A DNA stretch of 64,000 bases from Cenarchaeum sp. GTDB taxonomy: Archaea; Thermoproteota; Nitrososphaeria; Nitrososphaerales; Nitrosopumilaceae. Below the pieces are notes generated by a model, which had not been told where the DNA came from, searched no databases, and worked only from the letters and a program-made list of their open reading frames with translations. This document shows positions 1 through 10,847 of this stretch, piece by piece (position 1 is the first letter of the stretch; the number at the start of each line of letters is the position of its first letter). The stretch is from NCBI GenBank assembly GCA_965242695.1, contig CBDESU010000001.1, forward strand, positions 1,568,001 through 1,632,000, read 5' to 3'. Both the position numbers and the translations under genes were made by a program.

Positions 1-330
1 CGACATGTCGAAGGCCGGACTCTGGGTCATCATGGATGCGAAGGGCAAGTCGCCCGACCTCGAGCTCCCGTACGGCAAGGCGCTCGGGCATGCAGGCCGC
101 GTCGTGGCGGTCGCCAAGGGCGACAGGTTCAGGCATCGCGGGGTCGGATCGTGCGACAGGCCGCACTTTTGGCTAGCATTGATCGCCGGCGCGGCGACAA
201 TCTGCGCGGCGGACAAGGCGTTTGCCGATATTCCCGGCAGCGACGAAGAGTTCGGGGGCATCGCGGTGCAGCCGACGTCGGGGCCGCTCGTCGACTTGCT
301 GGCCCGAGCTCCGCAGTGCGGGCCTGCCGC
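1..330 (+). CDS. Possible 3' part of a PIN-domain protein (5' end outside window; end uncertain)
   Basis: Frame 5.. reads CDRPHFWLALIAGAATICAADKAFADI, resembling the PIN C-terminal DxxHxxxA...IxxxDxxF motif; the rest of the ORF to 763 looks like GC-rich read-through. Confidence 0.35.
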
Positions 331-768
331 CCGCCAGGGCAGGGGCATTGGCCGCAGCGACAGGATGCGAGGCGGCCGAGAAGTGAGTGATCGGCAGGAC
401 GAAGAGGGGCAGGACGGGGTCAAAGCGATGTGCGAACCTGCCGTGGCAGGGGCCGCCCTGCCTTGGCCCATAGGCAGACATCCAGGCCCCAGAGTCAACC
501 GCGCCACGGCCGCCCCCGGCGCGCGCGTCGCCTGCCAGGGGCTTGAACGCGCGCGGGCCGCACGAGGTCATATCCCCCCCACACACACGCTCCGGGCTGG
601 CGGCGGGCGGCGGGCATCCTGTCTGTATGAGCCGAGCGCCTGGGCGGCCGGACGCAGGGGGAGGCGGCGGGCAGCACTTCGCCTGCGCGCAGCCGGCGGC
701 AGGGCAGGGGCGCCGGCGGCCCAGTGCGCGCTAGCCGCACCTGCACGCCGACAACGCCCATAACAGTG

Positions 769-777
769 GTTATATAG
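769..777 (+). promoter_or_regulatory. TATA box of leaderless HEPN-TPR gene
   Basis: TTATATAG about 21 nt upstream of GTG at 798, in a GC-rich context. Confidence 0.5.
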
Positions 778-797
778 GGCCGCATTCGCCCGCGCCC

Positions 798-2051
798 GTG
801 GGACGACTGAGGATATACATCTTCTCTGCTACGAATCTAGAGCTTGGCGACTTGGTCAATGCGCTAGTAAAGTTCTATCGCCTAGCCGCCAAACTGGATA
901 GCACCGATCCGGACATTGTCAACGTGGTGGTCATCAGGATGTCGACTACGCTGGAGCAGGTTGGAAGGCATCTCTGGAAGCTCTACCTGGACGGGCACCC
1001 AAACGACGAGACGATCGAGATTGTCATATCACCCCACGGCTTTGACAGCGTAAGGCACATGACGGCGGCAGAGCTGGTTGCAAGCAGCAGGAACATCTCG
1101 AACACGGGCGACCTCAGGTCGATTTTTGACAAGTGCGGCCTGGGCCGCATCCTTGACGGCGAGGCGGAGGCCGATGCGCGCATCGTCATGGGCCAGCGCA
1201 ACATGGTCGTCCACGGCACAATGGATGCCGACGCAGACATGGGCCGCTTGTACACGTCGATCGAGGGGCTGATCCGCAGGGCGTTGTCGCACGACGAGCA
1301 GGGGCTTCTCATGATGTACGTTGCAAAGGCGACCGTGGCGGAGATGCTCGACGGCGGTCCCTTCCAGCCAGACAAGTGCCACGAGGATGTCGTGATGCAG
1401 TCCAAGAGAGTCAAGGGAGGGGATCAAGCGTTCACACTGCATTCTAGGGGACACTCGCTCGGCGCGCTGGGAAGAAACGTCGAGGCGCTGGAAGCGTACG
1501 ACGCCGCAGTCGGGATCGACCCCGCAGATGCCGCCGCGCACGCAGGCAGGGGCGGCGCGCTCGCCGCGATGGATCGCGTTGCCGAGGCGCTGGAGGCGTA
1601 CGATCGGGCGGCGGATTTAGATCCCGGCTTTGCCCCCTTCCACTTGTTCCGTGGCGGCGCGCTCGCCGCGCTGGGCAGGGACGACGAGGCTCTGGAGGCG
1701 TACGACGCCGCAGTCGGGATCGACCCCGCAGATGCCGCCGCGCACGCAGGCAGGGGCGGCGCGCTCGCCGCGATGGATCGCGTTGCCGAGGCGCTGGAGG
1801 CGTACGATCGGGCGGCGGATTTAGATCCCGGCTTTGCCCCCTTCCACTTGTTCCGTGGCGGCGCGCTCGCCGCGCTGGGCAGGGACGACGAGGCTCTGGA
1901 GGCGTACGATCGGGCGGCAGGGATCGATCCACTGTACGCAGAGGCGCAAGCCGGCAGGGGCGACGCGCTCGCCGCGCTGGGCAGGGACGACGAGGCGCAA
2001 GCGGCCCACGAAACGGCATCTCGTCTGTCAAGCAGCACAGATCACCCCTAG
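798..2051 (+). CDS. HEPN-like domain + TPR repeat protein
   Basis: N-terminal half has RNMVVH (R-x4-H HEPN motif); C-terminal half has 34-aa TPR repeats (EALEAYDRAA.LDP) including a near-exact 204-bp internal duplication. Confidence 0.75.
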   Translation: MGRLRIYIFSATNLELGDLVNALVKFYRLAAKLDSTDPDIVNVVVIRMSTTLEQVGRHLWKLYLDGHPNDETIEIVISPHGFDSVRHMTAAELVASSRNISNTGDLRSIFDKCGLGRILDGEAEADARIVMGQRNMVVHGTMDADADMGRLYTSIEGLIRRALSHDEQGLLMMYVAKATVAEMLDGGPFQPDKCHEDVVMQSKRVKGGDQAFTLHSRGHSLGALGRNVEALEAYDAAVGIDPADAAAHAGRGGALAAMDRVAEALEAYDRAADLDPGFAPFHLFRGGALAALGRDDEALEAYDAAVGIDPADAAAHAGRGGALAAMDRVAEALEAYDRAADLDPGFAPFHLFRGGALAALGRDDEALEAYDRAAGIDPLYAEAQAGRGDALAALGRDDEAQAAHETASRLSSSTDHP

Positions 2052-2223
2052 TGTACGCATCGCAGAGAATGAAGACCTAGCACAACTACGTGCAGTGCGT
2101 CTGCAAGCCGTGCCGACGGCGGCCCGACGCCACTCGACGGAGCAACGGCCTGGTGCCGCCTGCCTACAACGGGAGCTCCGCGCAGATCAAGGCCGTGCCA
2201 CCACACGTCGGTGCCACATCAAC

Positions 2224-2566
2224 TCAAGCACCTTTTTCCCCGGCGATCGCCTTTCTCGTCCCGGGTCGGCGTTGCATCGATCTGAGTCCATCCACGTCAA
2301 ACCATATTAGGCGGTGTTCAGGTCGATGCATACGGGCCTTGATGTGGGCCTTGATGTGGGCCTTGAGGCGGGCCCTGCGGACCTCAAGATCGTCGCCGAG
2401 GGCGCCCCCAAGGATACGGCCTCCATCCTCGCCGGCGACCCGGACACGGCTTGCGGGTAGCAGACTGCGGGCATTGCTCCGGTTCGCCCCACAGTCCGGC
2501 CCGTGCGGCTTGCCGGCACCACGCGCGCCAGCAACGGCCTCTACAGACTCCGCCTCCGCGTCCATG
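2224..2566 (-). CDS. Small hypothetical protein (copy 1)
   Basis: MDAEAESV...LIWFDVDG...KAIAGEKGA; same stop and frame retained in the paralog at 4060-4389. Confidence 0.45.
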
Positions 2567-2700
2567 GTGGGCGGCCATCTCCACGCCATATAACTTTTGC
2601 CCGCCTCGGCTAGGGCGTTGCCGGGTACCGCCTGAACCTCGTCGCTTGACCATTCACGCAGTTGCCACGAGCCCGCCTGGCGGCATGTAACAGCCCCTAT

Positions 2701-3008
2701 ATGCGGCGCATCTGCGGCCCGTGCGTGGACTACAGCTCGGGGCAGGGCGCCTGCAGCAGCCGCAGCACGACGGACAGGCGCGCGGACAGGGCGGCGCCAG
2801 GCCGGGTCCGGCCCAGGGAGGAGACGGGTAGGGCCTCGCAACAACGGCGGCCCCAGCGCGCACCCTAACATGGGCCGAGGCCGAGACGATGGATATCCTG
2901 GCCGACGGCGACATGATGGAGTGCATTGCAGAGGGCAGGGAGGACGCAAAGGCAGGCAGGCTCGTCGAATGGAAGCCGCAAGGCGCAGGGCATGCGCGGC
3001 CCGCATGA
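2701..3008 (+). pseudogene. Frameshifted copy of antitoxin-like small protein
   Basis: Homologous to 4525-4824 but 8 nt longer, so the ETMDILADGDMME segment is out of frame with the start. Confidence 0.45.
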
Positions 3009-3056
3009 CCCCGGGCGGGGCATGATCAGGAAGCGGCGCCCGCAACATCAGTAGAT

Positions 3057-3134
3057 GCCGTGTTGCACAGCCGCGCTGTTGACGCCTACGGCAAGGCGTG
3101 CGTAGGCGTCAGAATGAACCTTGTGCAGCACGGT
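3057..3134 (+). repeat. Dispersed ~78-bp structured element, copy 1 (others 4875-4952, 8095-8173 minus, 22346-22424)
   Basis: Terminal stem CCGTGTTGCAC/GTGCAGCACGG, inner hairpin TGACGCCTACG/CGTAGGCGTCA, conserved GAATGA. Confidence 0.7.
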
Positions 3135-3585
3135 AGATTATGCCGTTGTGGGCGCGCAGCCGCGCTCGCCGCACCGCCTCGTGCCGGTTCCGGGGAGGGT
3201 GGGCCAAAACGGGCAGGGTCGCGCGCCTTCTGCAGCCTCCGCCCGACCGCTGCCGCCCCGGCTCCGCTCTGGCGAGAGGCTGCTGATCGTCGATGCGATG
3301 GGTCGGGCAGGCGGCCGGACTGGCTGCGGGCCGCTGCATCGGGCGCATGCGGATGGTAGACCGCTCCCGATGCAGGAGGGCGCCATGGAGTACGGGGCCG
3401 CATGGCCGCGGATCGAATGGATGACGGAGGCCGGCGCGCGATCGCATGTCCGACACGGAACGGGGGCCGGCGCCAGGCGGTGGCCTGATGGGACTGCGCC
3501 CGCGAATCCGCTCCGGGCCGGGCGCGGGGGCGGGGCCGGCGGGGGCGCGCGCGGGCAGCGGATCTGGAGGCCCCGAGGGCGAGGC

Positions 3586-3888
3586 GGCAGGGGCGACGCG
3601 CTCGCCGCGCTGGATCGTGTTGCCGAGGCGCTGGAGGCGTACGATCGGGCGGTGGATTTGGATCCCGACTTCGCCCCCTTCCACTCGTTCCGTGGCAATG
3701 CGCTCGCCGCGCTGGATCGTGTTGCCGAGGCGCTGGAGGCGTACGATCGGGCGGTAGGGATCGATCCACTGTACGCAGAGGCGCATGCCGGCAGGGGCGA
3801 CGCGCTCGCCGCGCTGGGCAGGGACGACGAGGCGAAAGTAGCCCACGAAACGGCATCTCGCCTGTCAAGCAGCACAGATCACCCCTAG
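3586..3888 (+). pseudogene. Duplicated 3' fragment of the TPR gene
   Basis: Last three TPR units and identical C-terminus ...ASRLSSSTDHP, without the HEPN part. Confidence 0.65.
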
Positions 3889-4059
3889 TGCCCACATCGC
3901 AGAGAATGGAGACATGGCGCAACTACGTGCAGTGCGTCTGCAAGCCATGCCGACGGCGGCCCGACGCCACTCGACGGGCAACGGCCTGGTGCCGCCTGCC
4001 TACAACGGGAGCTCCGCGCAGATCAAGGCCGTGCCACCGCACGCCGGTGCCGCATCAAC

Positions 4060-4389
4060 TCAAGCGCCTTTTTCCCCGGCGATTGCTTTTCTCGTCCCGG
4101 GTCGGCGGTATATCGAGTTGAATGCATCCGTGTCAAACCATAATAATATGTGCTCACGTCGAAGCATGCGGTCCTTGAAGCGGGCCTTGATGCGGGCCTT
4201 GCGAGCCTCAAGATCGTCGCCAAGGGCGCCCCCGAGGATACGACCGCCATCCTCGCCGGCGACTCGGTCGCGGCTTGCGGGTGACAGACTGCTGGCAGTG
4301 CTCCGGTTCGCCCCATAGTCCGGCCCGTGCGGCTTGCTGGCGCCACGCGCGCCGGCAGCGACCCCTACAGGCTCCGTTTCCGCACCCAT
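4060..4389 (-). CDS. Small hypothetical protein (copy 2)
   Basis: 109-aa paralog of 2224-2566. Confidence 0.45.
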   Translation of the reverse strand: MGAETEPVGVAAGARGASKPHGPDYGANRSTASSLSPASRDRVAGEDGGRILGGALGDDLEARKARIKARFKDRMLRREHILLWFDTDAFNSIYRRPGTRKAIAGEKGA

Positions 4390-4524
4390 GGGGGGCGGCC
4401 ATCTCTACTCCATATAACTTTTGTCCGCCCCGGCGAGGGCGTCGCCAGGTGCCGCCTGAACCTCGTTGCTTGACCATTCACGCGGTTACCACGAGCCCGC
4501 CCGGCGGCCTGCAACAACCCCTAT

Positions 4525-4824
4525 ATGCGGCGCATTCATGGCCCGTGCGTGGACGACAGTACGGGACAGAGCGCCTGCAGCACGGCGGCACAGGCGCGCG
4601 GACAGGACGGCGCCAGGCCGGGTCCGGCCCAGGGAGGAGACGGGCAGGGCCTCGCAACAACGGCGGCCCCCGCTCGCACCCTCACATGGGCCGAGGCCGA
4701 GACGATGGACATCCTGGCCGACGGCGACATGATGGAGAGCATCGTAGAGGGCAGGGAGGACGCAAAGGCCGGCCGGGTCGTCGAATGGAAGCCGCAAGGT
4801 GCGGGGCATGCGCGGCCCGCATGA
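4525..4824 (+). CDS. Antitoxin-like small protein
   Basis: C-terminus ETMDILADGDMMESIVEGREDAKAGRVVEW resembles the toxin-binding tail of RelB/Phd-type antitoxins. Confidence 0.5.
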   Translation: MRRIHGPCVDDSTGQSACSTAAQARGQDGARPGPAQGGDGQGLATTAAPARTLTWAEAETMDILADGDMMESIVEGREDAKAGRVVEWKPQGAGHARPA

Positions 4825-5592
4825 CCCCGGTGTCGGGGCATGATCGGGAAGCGGCGCCCGCAGCATCAGTAGATGCCGTGTTGTATAGCCTCACTGTTGA
4901 CGCCTACGGCGAGGCGCGCGTAGGCGTCAGAATGAAGATTGTGCAGCACGGTAACTTGTGCCGTTGCGCGGCGCGCTCGCCGCTCCGCCTCGTGCCGGTT
5001 CCGTGGAGGGTGGGCCAAAGCGGCAGGGTCACGCGCCTTTTGCAGCCTCCGCCCGACAGCTGCCGCCCCGGCTCCGCTCTGGCAAGAGGCTGCTGATCGT
5101 CGATGCGATGGGTCGGGCAGGCGGCCGGACTGGCCGCGGGCCGCTGCATCGGGCGCATGCGGATGGCAAAGGCCGATCCCGATGCAGGTGGGCGCCCATG
5201 GAGTGCGGGGGCCGCATGGCCGCGGATCGAATGGATGACGGAGGCCGCCGCGCGATCGCATGTCCGACACGGAACGGGGGTCGTCGCCGGGCGGCGGCCG
5301 GATGGGACTGCGCCTGCGAATCCGCGCCGGGCTGGGCGCAGGGGCGGGGCCGGCGCGGGCGAACGCGGGCGGCGGATCTGGAGGCCCCAAGGGCGAGGCG
5401 GCAGGGGCGCGCTAGGCGGTCGGAGGGAGATGCGGCGCTACGGCATTGCTACAAGGGGGCCGGCGCCGCAGGGCCCCGAGCTCTGCATGCGGAGGCACCG
5501 GCGCAGCGGCCCGCGCCGCGGCTTGGATCCGCGCATGCGGAGCATCCCGTTCCCTCGTGCAGGCCGCCCTGGCGGGGCAGTGTCTTCGCGGC

Positions 5593-6462
5593 CTAGGCAT
5601 GCCCCGGGGCATCGCCGCCGTGCGCGGCGGCCCACTTCCTGGCAAAAACCTCCAGCAGGTCTTCGCCTTTAATCGAGGCGTAGTCGACGATGTAGGCCCC
5701 GTCGGCGCCCTTTCTCGCCATCTTGATCTTGACCAGCCCGTCCATGGCCTTGACGATCCACCTGCGGCGCGGGATCGACGGGGCAAAGGATCCAAGTGCG
5801 CGAAACCCCTCCATGATTTCATCAACCGTTATGCACAGCTGTGCCCCTTCCTGCAGGATTCTTCCCTTGACCGCCTCGGAAAATATTTTTTCCCAGAGTA
5901 TGCTCATCGTGTACGTGGGGTGTGGCTCGCTGTCGTAGAACCAGAGTGCGCTAAAGTTGAGCAGGGCGGAGAGGGTGCTGATCTCGATGCCGCGCCTCAT
6001 CGATGAGCACAGGCCCGGGTTTGTGAGGCATCCCGACACGGCCTTGACAAAAAACGACTCCTCGTCCCTCCGGAGCCGAGCAAACTCTGCCACGCACAGC
6101 GGATTTGAAAACGGGCCCCCGTCGGATCCCGCCTTTGAGTTCAGGTAGTTCGACATTTCTACGGCGTTTTGCGGCAACGTCGCCGCCACGATGTCGTGCC
6201 TGTCCACGTCCTTTTCCATCCAGCCCACTAGCCTGCAGTCGTATTTTTTCAGCTGCTCGAATATCTTCTGGCGAGCGCGGGCGCACGAGGGAAAGCCCGC
6301 CTTGATCTCGACGACGACGCTCAGGCCGCGCCCCTGCGCCATCATGTCGGGAGTCACGGGGCCCGGCACGATCGTGCCGTCGGCGGAAACCCGCCTTACC
6401 GCCCTGCCCACGTCGACGGATGCGCCGTACCGGCTGAATATTGCGCCGAGTGCTGCGAGCAT
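5593..6462 (-). CDS. Putative PD-(D/E)xK nuclease-fold protein
   Basis: TPDMMAQ...VVVEIKAG motif; helical/wHTH-like C-terminus; start may lie slightly upstream. Confidence 0.6.
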   Translation of the reverse strand: MLAALGAIFSRYGASVDVGRAVRRVSADGTIVPGPVTPDMMAQGRGLSVVVEIKAGFPSCARARQKIFEQLKKYDCRLVGWMEKDVDRHDIVAATLPQNAVEMSNYLNSKAGSDGGPFSNPLCVAEFARLRRDEESFFVKAVSGCLTNPGLCSSMRRGIEISTLSALLNFSALWFYDSEPHPTYTMSILWEKIFSEAVKGRILQEGAQLCITVDEIMEGFRALGSFAPSIPRRRWIVKAMDGLVKIKMARKGADGAYIVDYASIKGEDLLEVFARKWAAAHGGDAPGHA

Positions 6463-6513
6463 CTCGGTCGTATCCTTGTACGATCTGCACTCGGCCAGAT
6501 CCTAGATGCGCCG

Positions 6514-7692
6514 TCAGTGCCGAGCCTCATGGTGCTCCTCCACGCGCCCCTCGCCGAACCGCTCGAATATGTGGTTTACCAGGCGGGCAACGGCGGCAGG
6601 CGTGGCCCCAAGCTGCGGCACGATGGTGATCCTGTCCACGGGCGTTGCCCATACGTCGAACGACGAGCCGTCCACGCAGTCTACTAGCGACATGTGCACA
6701 TGCGGGGCCCTGCGGTACGTGCTGCCCATGGTGTCCGGCATGGAGCGGACGGTGCGCACAAACCTTTCGTTTTCACGCATGTCCCCAAACGCGCCGTCGT
6801 CTAGCGTGATCGCAATAGCCCTGAATCGGCCGCCGTTTTCCTTCCTGGAGCGCCCCGAGTAGAACCCGGTCTTGCCGCTCGCCAGGCCCGCCATGTACGG
6901 CAGCGCGCTAGTACAGAACGGCCGCATCGACAGCCGGAACTGGAGCCGGCACCGCCTAGAGATCTGGCACTCCATCGAGGGGACGCCGTCCTGGACCAGG
7001 CGCATCTGCACCCTGCCTATCCGCCGGCCGCCCTCGGCGGCCTCGTCAAGGGCGTCGCGGTACGGGGCATCCGCGCATGCCGCGGACGATCCGCGCTCCG
7101 ACTCCCTAGTATCGGGCCAGCCGCGGCCGCCCGCCCCGTCCCCGTCAGGGCACGCCTCCACGCCGGCGATCCTGACGGCCCCGCCCGACCTGCGCTCGAG
7201 AATGTCGAGCGCCCCGCGCATCTCGGCCGAGCTCAGGGCCGCCTCGGACACGCCTGGATAGAGCGACTGGACGAACGGCTCAAGTACGCGATCCACGAAC
7301 GCGGCGCTCCCGTCGGTGACGGCAAGGTATACGAACGGATCCTGCATCTTTGCAATCCGTACCATCCCAGACCCGCCGGCGCCCTCGCTGCTCACTGAGA
7401 CGCTTGCCATGCCCGTCCCATGGTCCAGCCGCACCACCTCTGCGGAGAGCGGTGACCCTGACCGCCCCCCGCCCAGGCTGCCGAGCATGTCCACCTTGCA
7501 GACGAGGATCATCGCAGTGACCTTCAGCCGCCCGTCCCCGCGCAGCATCGCGTCGAGCCTCTCCAAGAGCTCCGAGAGTCCACCCTTGTACTCGTGCTCG
7601 TACAGCCAGTACGCCGCGTCCTGCCGTTCCCTCTGCCTGGCCACGAGCCTTGTTTCCTGCCCCGCCATGGTTGCGGGAACTGCCTGCCGCAT
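6514..7692 (-). CDS. Hypothetical protein, co-oriented with the nuclease gene
   Basis: Long ORF with globular composition, about 50 nt upstream of the nuclease ORF; start may be ATG 7668. Confidence 0.7.
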   Translation of the reverse strand: MRQAVPATMAGQETRLVARQRERQDAAYWLYEHEYKGGLSELLERLDAMLRGDGRLKVTAMILVCKVDMLGSLGGGRSGSPLSAEVVRLDHGTGMASVSVSSEGAGGSGMVRIAKMQDPFVYLAVTDGSAAFVDRVLEPFVQSLYPGVSEAALSSAEMRGALDILERRSGGAVRIAGVEACPDGDGAGGRGWPDTRESERGSSAACADAPYRDALDEAAEGGRRIGRVQMRLVQDGVPSMECQISRRCRLQFRLSMRPFCTSALPYMAGLASGKTGFYSGRSRKENGGRFRAIAITLDDGAFGDMRENERFVRTVRSMPDTMGSTYRRAPHVHMSLVDCVDGSSFDVWATPVDRITIVPQLGATPAAVARLVNHIFERFGEGRVEEHHEARH

Positions 7693-8174
7693 TTATGTCG
7701 TTGTGCATTGTGCCGCAGCAGTTGCGGCCGCCGCTCGCATTTGGGCGGCGGGCGCGCGGACGGACTTGCGGGCGGCGCGGGCCGCATGGCCGGGAATGCC
7801 GCCCCTGCCAGCCGGCATGGCGGCTCGCTGCGCGCCCCTCCGTCCCGCGGGGCGGTGCTGGGCTGCGGGGCCTGCATCCGCCCTTGATCGGGCGCAGCCT
7901 CCGATCCGCCCGCGGCTCATCCGGCGCCGGCGCCCGGGGCGGAGGCGCGGCTGCCGCCAGCCGGCGCCAGAGCCGTGGACAGGCGGCGGCCCGCGGCCGG
8001 CAGCCGACGAGGGGCGCGATTCTGCACTCCCATGCCCGGGCACCCGCACTCTGCCCTGTCCGCCCGCCGGCCGCAGCAGTGCCGGCCCCGCCGCACCGTG
8101 CTGCACAAGGGTCATTCTGACGCCTACGCATGCCTATGCTGTAGTCGCCAACAGCGCGGCCATGCAACACGGCA

Positions 8175-10847
8175 TCAGTAGAAGAACTGGTCGATGCCCG
8201 CCTGCTTTGGCTTGCCTAGGACGTCGTCAAAGTCCAGGCCCATCGCGGACGTGAGCTGGTCTAGCGTCGACTCCATGAACTCTAGGTACTTTTTCGTGTC
8301 GACCTCGTCCTGGCGCGCCGTCTCTAGCGGCTTTACGCCGGCCTTGCCGATCGTCTTTACGTACGATATGATGTCGCCCTTTCGGACGGTCCTGTCCCGG
8401 TCGTGCTGCTCTAGCAGCCGGGCCGCGCGTATGTGCTGCGGGACGGTCTTTGTGTACTCGGCCGGCGCCTTGCTGATCATTACGCGGAACGCGAGCTCTT
8501 TGAGTGGCACCTTGCGGTCCTCGACGCGGCGGCCGCACTCGGCTATCCGCTCGGATATGCGCGCCTTTGCCGCGTCGAACTCTTCCGGGGCGGTCACCGC
8601 GGAGAGCACCTCCAGCAGCTCGGAGAACAGGGCGCGCAGGAACGGCGGCGTGTGCGACTTTTTTCCCGTCAGCCCCTTTACGTCGACCTTGCCGGACTTT
8701 GTCACGCCAAAGTAGTTCTTCTTGCGGTCGCTCAGCACGACGTACCTGTACTCCTTGTCGACCTCCAGCTCCACCCCGTGCTCGTCCTTTGCCCTGCCGA
8801 TCACGCGCCCGACCTGCTCGGGCGTGTGGTCCTTTATGAAGACCGAGTCCGTGTCGCCGTACAGCACCCGTATGCCGTCGCCGCGGCACGCCTCGATCGT
8901 CCTCACGATGATGTGCCGGCCGACGGCCGTCGTGGCCTCGGCGGCCGGCAGAAAGTACAGCGGGAATATTTCGGCGCCCATCACGCCGTAGCTCGCGTTG
9001 AGGATGACCTTGAGGGCCTGGCTGACTACCGTGTACTGCTGCCGCTGATCCTCGCGCAGCGCGGGATCCTTTGAGAGGCTCTTGTAGTAGTTTACGCGCA
9101 GGTCGCGCAGCGTCCCTATCAGCAGCGACTCTATGCCGTTGCGCCTCCCGCACGACCAGTGGGCCGTGTCTGGTATGGTGTTCTTTTTGCACGCCTCGTG
9201 GTCGCACCTCACCGTCTCGTACGACAGGTTGCGCACCTTTATGATGCTTGGGTACAGGCTCGCAAAGTCCATGACGGTCACGTCAAAGTGGACGCCCTCC
9301 TCTGGATCGACGACGAGGCCGCCGCGGTACTTTTTGTTCTTGATGACGGCATCGTTGCTAACCCCCTGCGACCTGCGCTCGAGCTCGTCGCGCCGCGGTA
9401 TGAGCCACCCGCGCCTGCGGTGCTCGTGGTACAGCAGGCTGCGTATCCACTGCGAGACGCCGACGCGCGAGATGTCGTCGATGGGCATCTTTGATATGCG
9501 GCTGATGACGACGAGCAGGTCCATGAGGATGCCGCTGCCGAACGTCGTGAGCTCGTGCGTGAGCCGCGCATCGTTGTAGCAGTAGTTTGCCGTCTGCTGC
9601 ACGTCGAGCTCGCCGAGCTGCACGCCGTAGTCTACCTTTTCCTCTCCTAGCAGCGCCTTTGCGACGCTGTTTAGCTTGAAGTCGGTGTACTTTGCGCCGA
9701 ACGCGTATATCTGGAACGCCCTGTTCGAGAGGGTCTTGTACAGGTCGATGTGCACGCCGCCCTTTAGCGTCGCCGAGTCGCGCATCATGTACAGCGGGTT
9801 CTCGGCGCGCGGTATGCCGAGGCGCTCGGCCCTGTTGAACATGTACGGCATGTCAAAGTCGTCGCCGTTGTACGTCAGGACGAACGGGAACGACCCTATC
9901 ACGGCGAGCGCATCGCGCACCATCTCCTTCTCGTCGCCGTACACGACGACCTCGACATCCTCGGCAAGCTCGCGCTTGCCCTCCCTGTCGCCTTCCCGGC
10001 GCAGGACGAAGACCCTCTTGTACTTGCCGCTGCCGTCGAACCCGACGGCCGTGACCTGGCGGTCGGCCAGGCGCGCGTCGGGTATGCGCCCCTCTTCCGA
10101 GTCGACCTCTATGTCGAACGCGAGGCGGCGCACGTGCGGTATCGGCTGGCTGAGCAGGTCGGCCCACTCCTCGGCGAACTTCTTGAACTCGGCCGGATCG
10201 ACCATCGAGTCGTACGAGACGCGGTCCCACAGGAGCGTCTTTAGGGCCTCGCGCACGCCGGCCGGCACGTCCATGTCGGACGCTACGATCTTTCCGCCCT
10301 CGGCCGCATAGTACCTGCCGACGACAAGGCCCGCGTCGTACAGGTACGTCTCGTAGTACTTTATGTCCGACTCCCAGGTCTCGACGATGCTGCGGACGCT
10401 GCCGTCGCGCCCGCCGATGACGAGCGGGTCAGTGGCCGTGATCTTTGTTACCGTGACCTTTTCGTCGCGCAGCGGATCGTACAGGCCCACGGGCTCGACC
10501 GAGACGACCCCCTGCATGCCCGAGACGTTTTCCAGGTCGGCAGGCGGCAGCCTAGAGTAGCAGTACGGCCTGTGGCCGGTGCGGTCCGTCCAGAGGCGCA
10601 CCGTCTTTGCCTCGGGGTCGTAGAACTTTAGGACGGCCGACCTCGTGCGGTTGTCGTACGCGGCCGAGACGAGCATCGACTGCGGCATCGCATCGCCTTC
10701 GGCCGCGACGGCGCCCGGATCGGGCCGCGCGGCAGGTGGATCGGCGGCGGCGGCGCCCCCGTTCCCGTCCGTCGGCTTCGCAGCCGCGCCGCCGCTGCTC
10801 GCCTGGCCCGCCCCGCCGGGGCCGGCGCCGCCGTTCCCGTCCGTCAA
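8175..10847 (-). CDS. polB: Family B DNA polymerase
   Basis: Exo motifs FDIEV and YNGDDFD; pol motifs DFASLYPSII, KVILNASYG, YGDTDS; start set at TTG 10847 overlapping the upstream stop. Confidence 0.97.
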   Translation of the reverse strand: MTDGNGGAGPGGAGQASSGGAAAKPTDGNGGAAAADPPAARPDPGAVAAEGDAMPQSMLVSAAYDNRTRSAVLKFYDPEAKTVRLWTDRTGHRPYCYSRLPPADLENVSGMQGVVSVEPVGLYDPLRDEKVTVTKITATDPLVIGGRDGSVRSIVETWESDIKYYETYLYDAGLVVGRYYAAEGGKIVASDMDVPAGVREALKTLLWDRVSYDSMVDPAEFKKFAEEWADLLSQPIPHVRRLAFDIEVDSEEGRIPDARLADRQVTAVGFDGSGKYKRVFVLRREGDREGKRELAEDVEVVVYGDEKEMVRDALAVIGSFPFVLTYNGDDFDMPYMFNRAERLGIPRAENPLYMMRDSATLKGGVHIDLYKTLSNRAFQIYAFGAKYTDFKLNSVAKALLGEEKVDYGVQLGELDVQQTANYCYNDARLTHELTTFGSGILMDLLVVISRISKMPIDDISRVGVSQWIRSLLYHEHRRRGWLIPRRDELERRSQGVSNDAVIKNKKYRGGLVVDPEEGVHFDVTVMDFASLYPSIIKVRNLSYETVRCDHEACKKNTIPDTAHWSCGRRNGIESLLIGTLRDLRVNYYKSLSKDPALREDQRQQYTVVSQALKVILNASYGVMGAEIFPLYFLPAAEATTAVGRHIIVRTIEACRGDGIRVLYGDTDSVFIKDHTPEQVGRVIGRAKDEHGVELEVDKEYRYVVLSDRKKNYFGVTKSGKVDVKGLTGKKSHTPPFLRALFSELLEVLSAVTAPEEFDAAKARISERIAECGRRVEDRKVPLKELAFRVMISKAPAEYTKTVPQHIRAARLLEQHDRDRTVRKGDIISYVKTIGKAGVKPLETARQDEVDTKKYLEFMESTLDQLTSAMGLDFDDVLGKPKQAGIDQFFY

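Larger units (their letters stand above)
1748..5412. repeat. Diverged tandem duplication, two units of about 1.83 kb (1748-3585, 3585-5412)
   Basis: TPR 3' end recurs at offset 1837 (stops at 2051 and 3888); small ORFs and intergenic DNA are repeated; junctions share GGCAGGGGCG. Confidence 0.9.
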
